From positions 4,953 through 68,952 of the forward strand of contig CACIHQ010000005.1 of the NCBI GenBank assembly GCA_902586495.1: a stretch of DNA of 64,000 bases, read 5' to 3'. Made by a program: the position numbers and the translations under genes. Under the pieces are notes generated by a model. The model was not told the DNA's origin. It saw nothing but the letters and a program-made list of their open reading frames with translations, and did not search any database. Below, piece after piece: positions 28,152 to 37,689 of this stretch; the first letter of the stretch is position 1, and every line of letters begins with the position of its first letter. This DNA comes from an uncultured Pelagibacteraceae bacterium (GTDB lineage: Bacteria > Pseudomonadota > Alphaproteobacteria > Pelagibacterales > Pelagibacteraceae).

Positions 28152-29015
28152 TTATTTTTGGCATAAACTACAAAAGAATGTTGATCTGTTTGAAATATTT
28201 TTTTTTTGAATAATACCATTACAATCTCCTCTTTTACATTTAAAACCCTCCTTTTGATAAACTTTGAATTTTTTTTGAAATGATCCTTTATTTCCTGAGG
28301 TGTCTTTAAAGTCTCTAATTGAAGAACCTCCTCTTTTTATAGCATTTAGAAGAACTAACTTTGTGTTTTTAAGAATTTTTTTACACTCAACTTTATTAAT
28401 AAATTTTCCCTCTTTGATAGGGCTTATTTTGCTGAGATAAAGAATTTCACTAGCATATATATTTCCAATACCTGATACAAAATTTTGATCTAAAAGAAGG
28501 TTTTTAATATTTTTATTTTTATTTTTTAGATTACTATAGATATAGTTTATATCAAACTTAGGATCAAAAGGTTCAGGACCTAATTTTTCAAATCTTTTTT
28601 CTAGAGAGTATTTTTCTTTCACAATTTCAAAAAAGCCAAATCTTCTAGGATCATTATATACCAATTTAAATTTATCAAAAAAAATTTCAATATGATTATG
28701 TTTATCAGGTAATTTCGGAGAATTATAAAAACTTGTATTAGTTAAAAAATTTTTTTTATTAAGTTTTAAAAGATGGATTGTACCGCTCATACCAAGATGA
28801 ATTAATAATTTATTTCCTCCTGATAAAAAAAAAATTAAATATTTTGAAAATCTATCAACATCTAAAATTATTTGGTTTTCTAAAAATTTTTTAAAATTTT
28901 GAGGTACCTTAATCCTTAAATTTCTATTCCTTACTATTACTTTTTTTATAGTTTTTAGTAATATTTTTTTATTTAGTGATTGTCTTACAATTTCTACTTC
29001 TGGTAATTCTGGCAT
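28152..29015 (-). CDS. mutM: Formamidopyrimidine-DNA glycosylase
   Basis: MPELPEVE, HLGMSG, GIGNIYASE and C-terminal zinc finger. Confidence 0.96.
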   Translation of the reverse strand: MPELPEVEIVRQSLNKKILLKTIKKVIVRNRNLRIKVPQNFKKFLENQIILDVDRFSKYLIFFLSGGNKLLIHLGMSGTIHLLKLNKKNFLTNTSFYNSPKLPDKHNHIEIFFDKFKLVYNDPRRFGFFEIVKEKYSLEKRFEKLGPEPFDPKFDINYIYSNLKNKNKNIKNLLLDQNFVSGIGNIYASEILYLSKISPIKEGKFINKVECKKILKNTKLVLLNAIKRGGSSIRDFKDTSGNKGSFQKKFKVYQKEGFKCKRGDCNGIIQKKNISNRSTFFCSLCQK

Positions 29016-29047
29016 TTCATACTATATTATTTGTATATTTAAATTTT

Positions 29048-29752
29048 ATGCAACAAGATCTTCAAAATAAAAAAGGATTGGTTCAAAATGTCTTTAACCA
29101 AGTTTACGATCAATATGATCTTATGAATGACCTAATGTCATTGGGTATTCATAGAATATGGAAAAAAAACTTATTACATATGATGAACCCCTCTATCAAC
29201 CAAAATTTAATAGACGTTGCCTGTGGAACTGGGGACATAGCCAAAATTTATCTGAAAAGTCTTGGCAAAAATGCTGATATAACTTGTATTGATCCAAATA
29301 AAGGAATGATAAATATAGCACAAAAAAAATTATCTAAATTTAAGAATCTTAAATGGTATATATCTTCTGCCGAGAATTTACCCGTTTCAAATAACTCTTA
29401 CGATTTCTATACAATTAGCTTTGGACTTAGAAATACAAGAAATATCAAGAAATCTTTAAGAGAAGCCTACAGAGTTTTAAAGCCCGGAGGCCGATTTTTA
29501 TGTCTTGAATTTTCAAAAATTCAAAACTCTAATTTAAATAGTCTTTATGAAAAATATTCTAAACTAATTCCTAAAATTGGGAAAATAGTTGTTGGTAAAA
29601 AAGAGCCTTACCAATATTTAATTAGAAGTATTGAAAATTTTGTTAATCAATATGAGCTCATAGACTTAATGTATGAAAGTAAATTTGACAAATGTAATTA
29701 TACAAATCTATCTGGCGGTATAGTTTCGATTCATAGTGGTTGGAAGATATAA
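29048..29752 (+). CDS. ubiE: Ubiquinone/menaquinone C-methyltransferase
   Basis: YDLMNDLMSLGIHRIWK, DVACGTGD and TISFGLRN; start reassigned to ATG at 29048. Confidence 0.94.
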   Translation: MQQDLQNKKGLVQNVFNQVYDQYDLMNDLMSLGIHRIWKKNLLHMMNPSINQNLIDVACGTGDIAKIYLKSLGKNADITCIDPNKGMINIAQKKLSKFKNLKWYISSAENLPVSNNSYDFYTISFGLRNTRNIKKSLREAYRVLKPGGRFLCLEFSKIQNSNLNSLYEKYSKLIPKIGKIVVGKKEPYQYLIRSIENFVNQYELIDLMYESKFDKCNYTNLSGGIVSIHSGWKI

Positions 29753-31320
29753 TGATTAAAAAATTAATAACATTATTTAAGCTTGGGAGAAAAGTAGCAA
29801 AATCTGATATTTTGGATATAACCTCAAAATTTCAAGAGCCACCTTTGTCTATTAAAATTTTATTTAAAATTTTATCTTTTTCTTTTTCATCCAAAAATAA
29901 TACACAGGTAAACAATAATGAAGGCGAAAGGTTATCTAAATCTTTAGAGTCAATGGGTACAACTTTTATAAAATTAGGTCAATTCTTAGCAACAAGACCA
30001 GACATTATTGGCGAAAGTTTATCGAGGGAACTTGAAAATCTTCAAGATAGATTACCCCCTTTTTCCCAAGATCAGGCAAAAAAAATTATTAATGATGATT
30101 TAGGAATTAATACTTATAACTCAATTATTGATTTAAGTGAGCCTGTTGCGGCTGCATCTATAGCTCAAGTCCATAAAGCCAAAATAGACGATAATGGAAC
30201 AATAAAAGATGTTGCAATAAAAATTTTACGGCCTGATATTAAAAAGATTTTCAATGAAGAAATTGATGCTATTATGTTATTTGCATTCTTGGTTGAGTCT
30301 TTAATAAAAAAAACAAAAAGATTGAAACTTGTAGAAGTAGTTTTTTTACTCAAAGAAATTACTAATCTTGAAATGGATTTAAGATTTGAAGCTGCTGCAG
30401 CAAATGAATATGCTGAAAACACAAAAAATGATATTGGTTTTAATGTTCCAAAAATTTACTGGAATTATACTAGTGAAAATGTAATGACACTAGACTGGGT
30501 AGAGGGTATTTCAATTAGAGAAACTGAAGAGTTAAAAAAAAGGGATGTAAATACAAAGAAATTAGCAGAAGATATTATTCAAAATTTTCTAAGACATGCT
30601 GTTAGAGATGGTTTTTTTCATGCTGATATGCATCAAGGAAATATTTTGATAGACAATGATGGCCATATTGTTCCTATTGATTTTGGAATTATGGGTAGAC
30701 TCGATAAAATGAGTAAAAGATTTTTAGCTGAAATACTCTTTGGTTTTATTCAAAGAGACTACAAAAAAGTCGCTGAGGTACATTTAATTGCAGGTTTAGT
30801 GCCTAAAGATGTCCCCATAAATGATCTTGCTCAAGCTTTAAGATCTATTGGTGAGCCTATTTTTGGTCAAGCAGTTAAAGATATATCTGGTGGAAAATTA
30901 TTAAAACAACTTTTTGATGTCACAGAAAAATTTAATATGCAAACACAACCGCAATTATTAATGTTACAAAAAACAATGGTAGTAGTCGAGGGAGTAGCAA
31001 GAAAATTAAATCCTGAAACAAACATTTGGACTACATCTAAACCTATTCTTGAAAACTGGTTAAAAGAGACAAAAAACCCTATGACTACAATTAATGAAAC
31101 AATTAACAGCACATCTGAGGTAATAAAAAGATTACCAGAATTTCCAGAAATAATGGATAAAGCTAATCAGGCTCTTACTTTTTTAGCTAGTGGACAAATT
31201 CCTCAAAACTCAAATTCTTATAATGCATTAAGTGATAAAAGATCTGAAATGGTGGCTTTTAGAAATCAATCTATAATAGGTTTTTTATTGCTTGTAATTC
31301 TTGGCCTTCTAGTATTTTAA
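29752..31320 (+). CDS. ubiB: Ubiquinone biosynthesis protein kinase-like UbiB
   Basis: FIKLGQFLATRPD, AASIAQVH, FFHADMHQGN and DFG; start at ATG 29752. Confidence 0.94.
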   Translation: MIKKLITLFKLGRKVAKSDILDITSKFQEPPLSIKILFKILSFSFSSKNNTQVNNNEGERLSKSLESMGTTFIKLGQFLATRPDIIGESLSRELENLQDRLPPFSQDQAKKIINDDLGINTYNSIIDLSEPVAAASIAQVHKAKIDDNGTIKDVAIKILRPDIKKIFNEEIDAIMLFAFLVESLIKKTKRLKLVEVVFLLKEITNLEMDLRFEAAAANEYAENTKNDIGFNVPKIYWNYTSENVMTLDWVEGISIRETEELKKRDVNTKKLAEDIIQNFLRHAVRDGFFHADMHQGNILIDNDGHIVPIDFGIMGRLDKMSKRFLAEILFGFIQRDYKKVAEVHLIAGLVPKDVPINDLAQALRSIGEPIFGQAVKDISGGKLLKQLFDVTEKFNMQTQPQLLMLQKTMVVVEGVARKLNPETNIWTTSKPILENWLKETKNPMTTINETINSTSEVIKRLPEFPEIMDKANQALTFLASGQIPQNSNSYNALSDKRSEMVAFRNQSIIGFLLLVILGLLVF

Positions 31321-31328
31321 TTCACAAA

Positions 31329-32534
31329 ATGAAAAATTTAGCTGATAAAAAAATTTTATTTGTAATTTGTGGGGGAATTGCTGCATATAAAAGTTTAGAA
31401 TTAATTAGATTATTTAGGAAAAATAAAGCTACAATAAGAACAATTTTAACAAAGAGTGCTAAAAAATTTGTAACTCCCTTATCTGTCGCTTCATTATCAC
31501 AAGGTAAAGTTTACGAAGATCTATTCAGCGTAGAAAATGAGTTAGAAATGGATCATATTGCTTTATCAAGATGGGCTGATGTAATTATTGTTGCTCCTGT
31601 AACTGCAAATACTATTTCAAAACTTGCCTCTGGAAACGCCGAAGATTTAGCTTCAACCGTTATTCTAGCCTCTAATAAGCAAGTTTATTTAGCTCCTGCA
31701 ATGAATGTAAGAATGTGGGAGCATCGATCTACTAAAAATAATTTGAAAAATTTAACAAGTTACGGTTATAAAGTTGTTGGACCTATTACCGGTGATATGG
31801 CATGTGGGGAGTATGGTGAGGGCAAAATGTCTGAACCAATCGAAATATTTAATGAAATACAAAATTTTCTTGAAACTAGGAATGAAAATAAAAAGATTAA
31901 AGCATTGGTTACCGCAGGTCCAACAAATGAATACATTGATCCAGTAAGATTTATTTCGAATAAATCAAGTGGTAAGCAAGGCTATGAAATTGCAAAATCC
32001 CTAAACAAGAGAGGATTTGATACAACTTTAATATCAGGTCCTACTAATTTAGATATAGATCAAGAAATAAAACTTATAAAGGTCGAAACAGCAGATGAAA
32101 TGTTTAAAGCTACTCAAAAAAATTTACCATCAGATATTGCAATATTTACAGCCGCAGTTGCTGATTTTAAGATTAATGTAAAAAGTAAAGATAAAATAAA
32201 AAAAAAGGAAAGCCTAAATATCAAATTAGAAAGAAATGTTGATATCTTGAATTATATTTCAAATCATAATTCAATGAGACCAAAACTAGTTATTGGTTTT
32301 GCAGCTGAAACAAAAAATTTAGACTCGAATGCCATAAAAAAACTTAAAAATAAAAACTGTGATTGGATAGTTGCAAATGATGTTTCTAAAAAAAATATTG
32401 GCTTTGATAGTGATTATAACGAGGTTACAATTCATTATAATGATTTTAAAAAGAAAAAAGAGACACTTTCATACAAAAAAAAATCTGAAATTTCAGAGGA
32501 GATTGTTGATAGAATCGTTACTCAGATGAATTAA
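31329..32534 (+). CDS. coaBC: Phosphopantothenoylcysteine decarboxylase/ligase
   Basis: GGIAAYK, PAMNVRMW and TAGPTNEYIDPVRFISNKSSGKQG. Confidence 0.96.
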   Translation: MKNLADKKILFVICGGIAAYKSLELIRLFRKNKATIRTILTKSAKKFVTPLSVASLSQGKVYEDLFSVENELEMDHIALSRWADVIIVAPVTANTISKLASGNAEDLASTVILASNKQVYLAPAMNVRMWEHRSTKNNLKNLTSYGYKVVGPITGDMACGEYGEGKMSEPIEIFNEIQNFLETRNENKKIKALVTAGPTNEYIDPVRFISNKSSGKQGYEIAKSLNKRGFDTTLISGPTNLDIDQEIKLIKVETADEMFKATQKNLPSDIAIFTAAVADFKINVKSKDKIKKKESLNIKLERNVDILNYISNHNSMRPKLVIGFAAETKNLDSNAIKKLKNKNCDWIVANDVSKKNIGFDSDYNEVTIHYNDFKKKKETLSYKKKSEISEEIVDRIVTQMN

Positions 32535-32971
32535 TGGTCAGAGTACTAATTAAAAAACTTGATCCTAAAGTTGCCATTCCGTCTTATAAGACCAAAGGAG
32601 CTTCGGGCATGGACCTAATGGCCTTCGTGAAGGAAAAAATAGTAATTAAACCACAAACCTCAGCTTTAATTCCAACAGGATTATCTGTCGCTTTCTCTGA
32701 AGATTATGAAATACAAATAAGGCCACGTTCTGGCTTAGCGGCTAAAAATAACATTAGTGTTTTAAATACTCCTGGAACTATTGACAGTGATTACAGAGGT
32801 GAATTAAAAATTATAATATTTAATCATAGTAAACATGATTTTATTGTTAATAATACGGATAGAATCGCACAAATGGTTTTAACCCCTATTACAAAGATGG
32901 AATTAGAAGAAACAAATGAATTACCCAAAACTCTAAGAGGAGAGGGTGGATTTGGCTCAACAGGTAAATGA
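32534..32971 (+). CDS. dut: dUTPase
   Basis: RPRSGLA, GTIDSDYRGE and RGEGGFGSTG. Confidence 0.97.
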   Translation: MVRVLIKKLDPKVAIPSYKTKGASGMDLMAFVKEKIVIKPQTSALIPTGLSVAFSEDYEIQIRPRSGLAAKNNISVLNTPGTIDSDYRGELKIIIFNHSKHDFIVNNTDRIAQMVLTPITKMELEETNELPKTLRGEGGFGSTGK

Positions 32972-33717
32972 GTCAAAATTTAAATAAAAGGCAGGTTGCG
33001 AGATTCTCAAGACAAATAATATTAAAGAATATTGGTGCTTTAGGTCAAAAAAAAATAATTAAATCTAAAGTTCTTATCATTGGAATGGGTGGTTTAGGTT
33101 GTTCTGTTGCAGAATTTCTTACCAGAGCAGGTGTAGGAAGTCTGGGTATAATTGATTTCGACAATGTAGATATAACTAATATTCATCGACAAAGCCTTTA
33201 TGATGTAAAAGATATTAAAAAATCAAAAGTTATAGTGGCAAAAAAAAAATTGCGTAAAATTAATTCAAACACAAAAGTTAATTGTTACAAAGTTAAACTT
33301 AATGAGGGTAATATCAAAAATATTACAAGTAAGTATGACTATATTATAGATGGATCAGATAACTTCAAAACTAAATTCTTAGTAAATGATTATTGTAAAA
33401 AAGCAAAAAAATTTTTAGTGGTAGGAGCTATAAGTAAATTTGATGGACATATTTTTACTTTTAATTTTAAAAATGAAAACACACCATGCATAAGATCTTT
33501 TTTCCAAGAAAAAGAAATCTCAGATGATATTTTAAACTGTGAATATGGAGGTGTTTTAGGAACAGTTGCTGGTATCATTGGTACAATTCAGGCTAATGAG
33601 ATATTAAAAAAAATTTTAAACATCGGTAAAAATTTAAATGGATACATCCTTATACTTGATTTGCTAAATCTAAATTTTAGAAAAGTTAAATTAAAAAAAT
33701 TAAAGATATCTAGATAA
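32968..33717 (+). CDS. moeB: HesA/MoeB/ThiF family adenylyltransferase
   Basis: RFSRQI, GMGGLG, DFDNVDITNIHRQ and DGSDNF. Confidence 0.85.
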   Translation: MSQNLNKRQVARFSRQIILKNIGALGQKKIIKSKVLIIGMGGLGCSVAEFLTRAGVGSLGIIDFDNVDITNIHRQSLYDVKDIKKSKVIVAKKKLRKINSNTKVNCYKVKLNEGNIKNITSKYDYIIDGSDNFKTKFLVNDYCKKAKKFLVVGAISKFDGHIFTFNFKNENTPCIRSFFQEKEISDDILNCEYGGVLGTVAGIIGTIQANEILKKILNIGKNLNGYILILDLLNLNFRKVKLKKLKISR

Positions 33718-34163
33718 TGTTTCAAAAAATAATACTATCACTTATTTTAACTTTTTTTTATTTATCCAATTGTCTTGCAAATGAAGTTTTTCTGTCTTTG
33801 AAAAAAGATAAGGTTAATGTCAGATATGGGCCCAGCTTAGAATCTCCTATAAAATACGTGTATAAGAAAATAAATCTCCCAATAAAACAAATTGATAAAA
33901 ATGAAAATTTTCGAAGGATTATTGATGTAAAAAATAATAGCGGCTGGATACATGTTTCGCAATTAAAACAGATAAATTCAATTATACCACTTAAGGATAA
34001 AATTTTATTTCAAAAACCATCTAATTTTTCAAAACCCCTAGCAAAAATTAAAAAAGGTAGAATATTAATTGTTAAAAGATGTAATGAAAATTGGTGTCAA
34101 ATTAAAACATCCAAATTTAAGGGATGGATTAAAAACACCAATATTTGGGGTAAAATTAAATAA
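33717..34163 (+). CDS. Secreted protein with two bacterial SH3 domains
   Basis: Signal peptide; VNVRYGPS, SGWIHVSQL and WCQIK...GWI. Confidence 0.82.
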   Translation: MFQKIILSLILTFFYLSNCLANEVFLSLKKDKVNVRYGPSLESPIKYVYKKINLPIKQIDKNENFRRIIDVKNNSGWIHVSQLKQINSIIPLKDKILFQKPSNFSKPLAKIKKGRILIVKRCNENWCQIKTSKFKGWIKNTNIWGKIK

Positions 34164-34177
34164 CTTTAAGTATTCAG

Positions 34178-34357
34178 TTATTTTTGTTGCGCGCAAACGT
34201 CTTTGATTACTGGTGTATTTGCACAATCACCGCATTTTGTTTTCTGCACAATACAACCATCATCTAGAACTTCAACATCAACTACCTTATCACATTTAGA
34301 ACAAGTCGAAGAAATTGTAAGCCCGCATTTTTTACAATTATAGTTTTCAATTTGCAT
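34178..34357 (-). CDS. 59-aa Cys-rich putative metal-binding protein MQIENYNCKKCGLTISSTCSKCDKVVDVEVLDDGCIVQKTKCGDCANTPVIKDVCAQQK
   Basis: Manual translation; 8 Cys including three CxxC; visibly higher GC than the flanking intergenic DNA; absent from the ORF track because it is under 60 aa. Confidence 0.8.
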   Translation of the reverse strand: MQIENYNCKKCGLTISSTCSKCDKVVDVEVLDDGCIVQKTKCGDCANTPVIKDVCAQQK

Positions 34358-34401
34358 GAAATTAAAATAATATTATGAAAAATGCTTTCAAGAAAAATCT
34401 G

Positions 34402-34452
34402 TGAGAATAATTATCATTAGCGCATTTTTTTTGATAATGATAATTATTCTCA
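34402..34452. promoter_or_regulatory. Two inverted Fur boxes forming an 18-bp perfect inverted repeat
   Basis: 34433-34451 GATAATGATAATTATTCTC matches 17/19 of GATAATGATAATCATTATC; the reverse complement of 34403-34421, GCTAATGATAATTATTCTC, matches 16/19; arms TGAGAATAATTATCATTA and TAATGATAATTATTCTCA with a 15-nt spacer. Confidence 0.78.
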
Positions 34453-34497
34453 AGAATTATCTATGAAAAAATATTACAATTTGATTAAAAATTTTTT

Positions 34498-34737
34498 TTA
34501 ATTTTTCGACCTACTGGCCCACCATTTGTCCAAAATAAAATACCAAACGGAGTTAGCTATTGGTTCAACAATCGCATCAGTCAATGCAATCATGAAAGAA
34601 ACGTCGGCAACTAACATTAAAACAGTTATTGCTATTGCAAAGTGTCCGATTGTATAGATTATTGTCCTAAGTATGGAGCCTTTGTTATTTTGATAAATAT
34701 TTCCTGCTGCTTTAAATATTCCGCTAGTTATTTCCAT
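34498..34737 (-). CDS. Small membrane protein, DUF2061-like
   Basis: Pattern RTIIYTIGHFAIA...EPIANSVWYFILDKWW resembles DUF2061; overlaps the upstream oxygenase gene by 14 nt. Confidence 0.65.
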   Translation of the reverse strand: MEITSGIFKAAGNIYQNNKGSILRTIIYTIGHFAIAITVLMLVADVSFMIALTDAIVEPIANSVWYFILDKWWASRSKN

Positions 34738-35335
34738 TTTGTTCCTTAAAAGGGCTCTCTAGAACGCAAGCCACTAGATGAATTCTTGCTTGTTCCCCAC
34801 CATTAAAGAAATTGTGATATTTTGTGTTGTTTGTTATCCAAACTTTTCCATCAGCAGGGAGATGTTTTGCAACATTCTCAATTACCATTGAGCAACCTTT
34901 ATTAGTAATAATTGGTACGTGCAGTCTACACTCTGGGTCTTTATGCCAGCTAAGTGTTGACCTTGGTTCTTTTAACAAAAGTCTTACTCTGCCTAGTTTA
35001 AATTTTTTACTTAGTGTCTCGTAAACTTCTTTGAAATAAGTATTCTCAAATTCAGGGATCAATTCTGTGTATTTAGACTCGTCTATATCAACATCTCTAG
35101 AAACTTCTTTTCCAGTTTCATCTGCTATAGTCCAATATTTTCCTCGTATATTATTTCCTTCGATAGAACTTTTATCATTTGGGATTTGATTCAATGATAT
35201 TGCACCAAAATGTGTTACTCCAGGAGAATTAAATTTTTTAGCTTTTAAAATTTTATCTAAATCTTCTCTTAATCTTGAAATATCAAAATTTAGATCTGGA
35301 ACCTCATAAAAATCATCGAAAGTTACTGATGGCAT
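34724..35335 (-). CDS. Aspartyl/asparaginyl beta-hydroxylase-like Fe(II)/2-oxoglutarate oxygenase domain protein
   Basis: Cupin pattern GRVRLLLKEPRSTLSWHKD...RLHVPIITN...KYHNFFNGGEQARIHLV with HxD...H facial triad and distal Arg. Confidence 0.72.
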   Translation of the reverse strand: MPSVTFDDFYEVPDLNFDISRLREDLDKILKAKKFNSPGVTHFGAISLNQIPNDKSSIEGNNIRGKYWTIADETGKEVSRDVDIDESKYTELIPEFENTYFKEVYETLSKKFKLGRVRLLLKEPRSTLSWHKDPECRLHVPIITNKGCSMVIENVAKHLPADGKVWITNNTKYHNFFNGGEQARIHLVACVLESPFKEQNGNN

Positions 35336-35356
35336 AAAATACTCATTTAGTTTTTA

Positions 35357-37594
35357 TTAATTTAATTTCAAGTCAAATCTGTCTGAATTCATTACTTTTA
35401 CCCATGCAGCGATAAAATCATTGATAAATTTATCCCCTGAATCTTCACATGCGTAAACCTCTGCTAGGGCTCTTAATTGAGAATTTGAACCAAAAATCAA
35501 ATCAACCCTTGTCGCTTTCCACTTAATTTTTTGAGTTTTTCTGTCTTTCCCTACAAACGTCTGCTCTGACTCATCTTCCTCTTTCCAAGTTGTATTCATA
35601 TCTAGTAGGTTTATAAAATAATCATTTGTAAGACTACCGGGTCTATTTGTAAAAACACCATATTCTGAATTGTTATAGTTAGTGTTTAAAACTCTCATTC
35701 CACCTATAAGAGCTGTCATTTCAGGTGCTGTTAAACCCATCAACTGAGCCTTATCAACTAATTTTTCTTCTGCAGAAACATTTGAGGCTCCTCCATTTGA
35801 ATAATTTCTAAAGCCATCTGCTTGTGGCTCTAGAAGGTTAAATGAATTAATATCAGTTTGCTCTTGTCTTGCATCTCCTCTTCCTGCTGAAAATGGAACT
35901 TTAATTTTATAACCAGCTTTTTTTGCACCCATTTCGACTCCAACACCCCCTGCTAGTACAATTAAGTCAGCCATTGAAACACTTTTCTTTTTACTATCGA
36001 ATTTACTTTTGATTTTACTTAAAGCTTTAATTACATTTGATAGCTTCTTAGGATTATTAACTTTCCAGTTTTTTTGAGGCTCCAACATTATCCTTGCACC
36101 ATTAGCACCCCCTCTTTTGTCTGATCCTCTAAATGTAGAGGCTGATGCCCATGCAGTAGAAACCAAATCTGAAATCGATATTTTTGATTTAGAGATCATA
36201 CTTTTTAAATCTTTAATATCTTTTGATTTAAGTTTATACTTTGGTTTATCTATTGGATCTTGCCAAATTAATTGCTCTTTTGGAACTTCGCTTCCAAGAT
36301 AACAAACTCTAGGACCCATATCCCTGTGGGTTAATTTAAACCAAGCTCTTGCAAATGCATCGTGGAACTCTTTTGGATTTTGATGAAAATGTTTTGTAAT
36401 AGGTCCATAACTTGGATCAACTTTCATTGAAATATCAGTTGTTTGCATCATTGGTGGATGAAGCACATCTTTCTTATGTGCGTCAGGAACCATTTTAATT
36501 TCTTGACCATTTTTTTTAGGCGTCCATTGATGAGCTCCGGCAGGACTTTTTGTAAGCTCCCACTCATGTCCATATAGACAATCTAAATAGCCCATATCCC
36601 ATTTAATAGGGTTTTGAGTCCAAGCACCCTCAATACCACTACTTATTGTATCAACACCTTTTCCAGATTTGTATCCACTATTCCATCCAGTAGACTGGTC
36701 TTGAAGTCTTGAAGCTTCAGGATCGGGACCCTTAAATGACTCAGATGCTGCACCATGAGATTTTCCAAATGTATGTCCTCCAGCAACTAAGGCGACTGTC
36801 TCATAATCATTCATAGCCATTCTTCCAAATGTTTCTCTAATATCATGTGCTGCAAGTTTAGGATCTGGATTTGCGTCAGGACCTTGTGGATTAACATAAA
36901 TTAAACCCATATGAGATGCTCCTAAGGGCTGTTCTAAATCTCTCTTCCCGCTATATCTTTCAACACCTAGCATTTCTTTTTCTGAGCCCCAATAAATATC
37001 ATCTTCTGGTTCCCATATATCTATTCTACCTGCTCCAAAACCAAAAGTTTTAAAACCCATTGAGTCTAAAGCAACATTCCCAACAAGTATAAATAAATCT
37101 GCCCATGAAATTTTTCTTCCATACTTTTTTTTAATTGGCCATAAAAGTAATCTAGCTTTATCTAAATTTACGTTGTCTGGCCACGAATTAAGCGGCGCAA
37201 ATCTCTGATTACCCGTTCCTGCTCCACCTCTACCATCACCAGTTCTGTAAGTTCCCGCAGCGTGCCAAGCAAGCCTAATAAACAATGGTCCGTAATGGCC
37301 ATAATCAGCTGGCCACCACTCCTGAGAGTCTGTCATTAATTTTTTTAAATCTTTTTTAAGAGCTTTATAATTAAGTTTTTTAAATTCTTTAGCGTAACTA
37401 AACTTTTTATCCATAGGGTTAGAAAGATTTGAATGCTGACTTAGAATTTTAAGATTTAAACTGTTCGGCCAAAAATCTCTAACAGTTTGACCTCTTCCTG
37501 CAGAAAACTTAGCGGGTGTCCCTGCTCCAGTGAACGGACATTTGCTCATTTCGTTAGCTTTGAATGATTTATTTTTAAAATTTTCAGTACTCAT
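35357..37594 (-). CDS. katG: Catalase-peroxidase
   Basis: [33 protein letters not shown] and GGHTFGKSH; SD AAGGGGA upstream. Confidence 0.97.
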   Translation of the reverse strand: MSTENFKNKSFKANEMSKCPFTGAGTPAKFSAGRGQTVRDFWPNSLNLKILSQHSNLSNPMDKKFSYAKEFKKLNYKALKKDLKKLMTDSQEWWPADYGHYGPLFIRLAWHAAGTYRTGDGRGGAGTGNQRFAPLNSWPDNVNLDKARLLLWPIKKKYGRKISWADLFILVGNVALDSMGFKTFGFGAGRIDIWEPEDDIYWGSEKEMLGVERYSGKRDLEQPLGASHMGLIYVNPQGPDANPDPKLAAHDIRETFGRMAMNDYETVALVAGGHTFGKSHGAASESFKGPDPEASRLQDQSTGWNSGYKSGKGVDTISSGIEGAWTQNPIKWDMGYLDCLYGHEWELTKSPAGAHQWTPKKNGQEIKMVPDAHKKDVLHPPMMQTTDISMKVDPSYGPITKHFHQNPKEFHDAFARAWFKLTHRDMGPRVCYLGSEVPKEQLIWQDPIDKPKYKLKSKDIKDLKSMISKSKISISDLVSTAWASASTFRGSDKRGGANGARIMLEPQKNWKVNNPKKLSNVIKALSKIKSKFDSKKKSVSMADLIVLAGGVGVEMGAKKAGYKIKVPFSAGRGDARQEQTDINSFNLLEPQADGFRNYSNGGASNVSAEEKLVDKAQLMGLTAPEMTALIGGMRVLNTNYNNSEYGVFTNRPGSLTNDYFINLLDMNTTWKEEDESEQTFVGKDRKTQKIKWKATRVDLIFGSNSQLRALAEVYACEDSGDKFINDFIAAWVKVMNSDRFDLKLN

Positions 37595-37627
37595 TAATGT
37601 TCCCCTTAAATTTAGATTGCATGTTGC

Positions 37628-37656
37628 AGTTTATAATGATTCTAAATAAGTGTCAA
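37628..37656 (-). promoter_or_regulatory. katG sigma70 promoter with an Irr ICE box in its spacer
   Basis: Minus strand TTGACA (37656-37651), 17 nt, TAAACT (37633-37628); TTTATAA-TGA-TTCTAAA at 37630-37646 is one mismatch from ICE TTTAGAA-N3-TTCTAAA. Confidence 0.75.
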
Positions 37657-37689
37657 TTGGTTTAAAATGACGCTAAATTAATTTAAAAC

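Noticed and set aside
27813-28166. 117-aa plus-strand hydrophobic ORF
   Set aside because: Antisense shadow of the Lys-rich rpsT.
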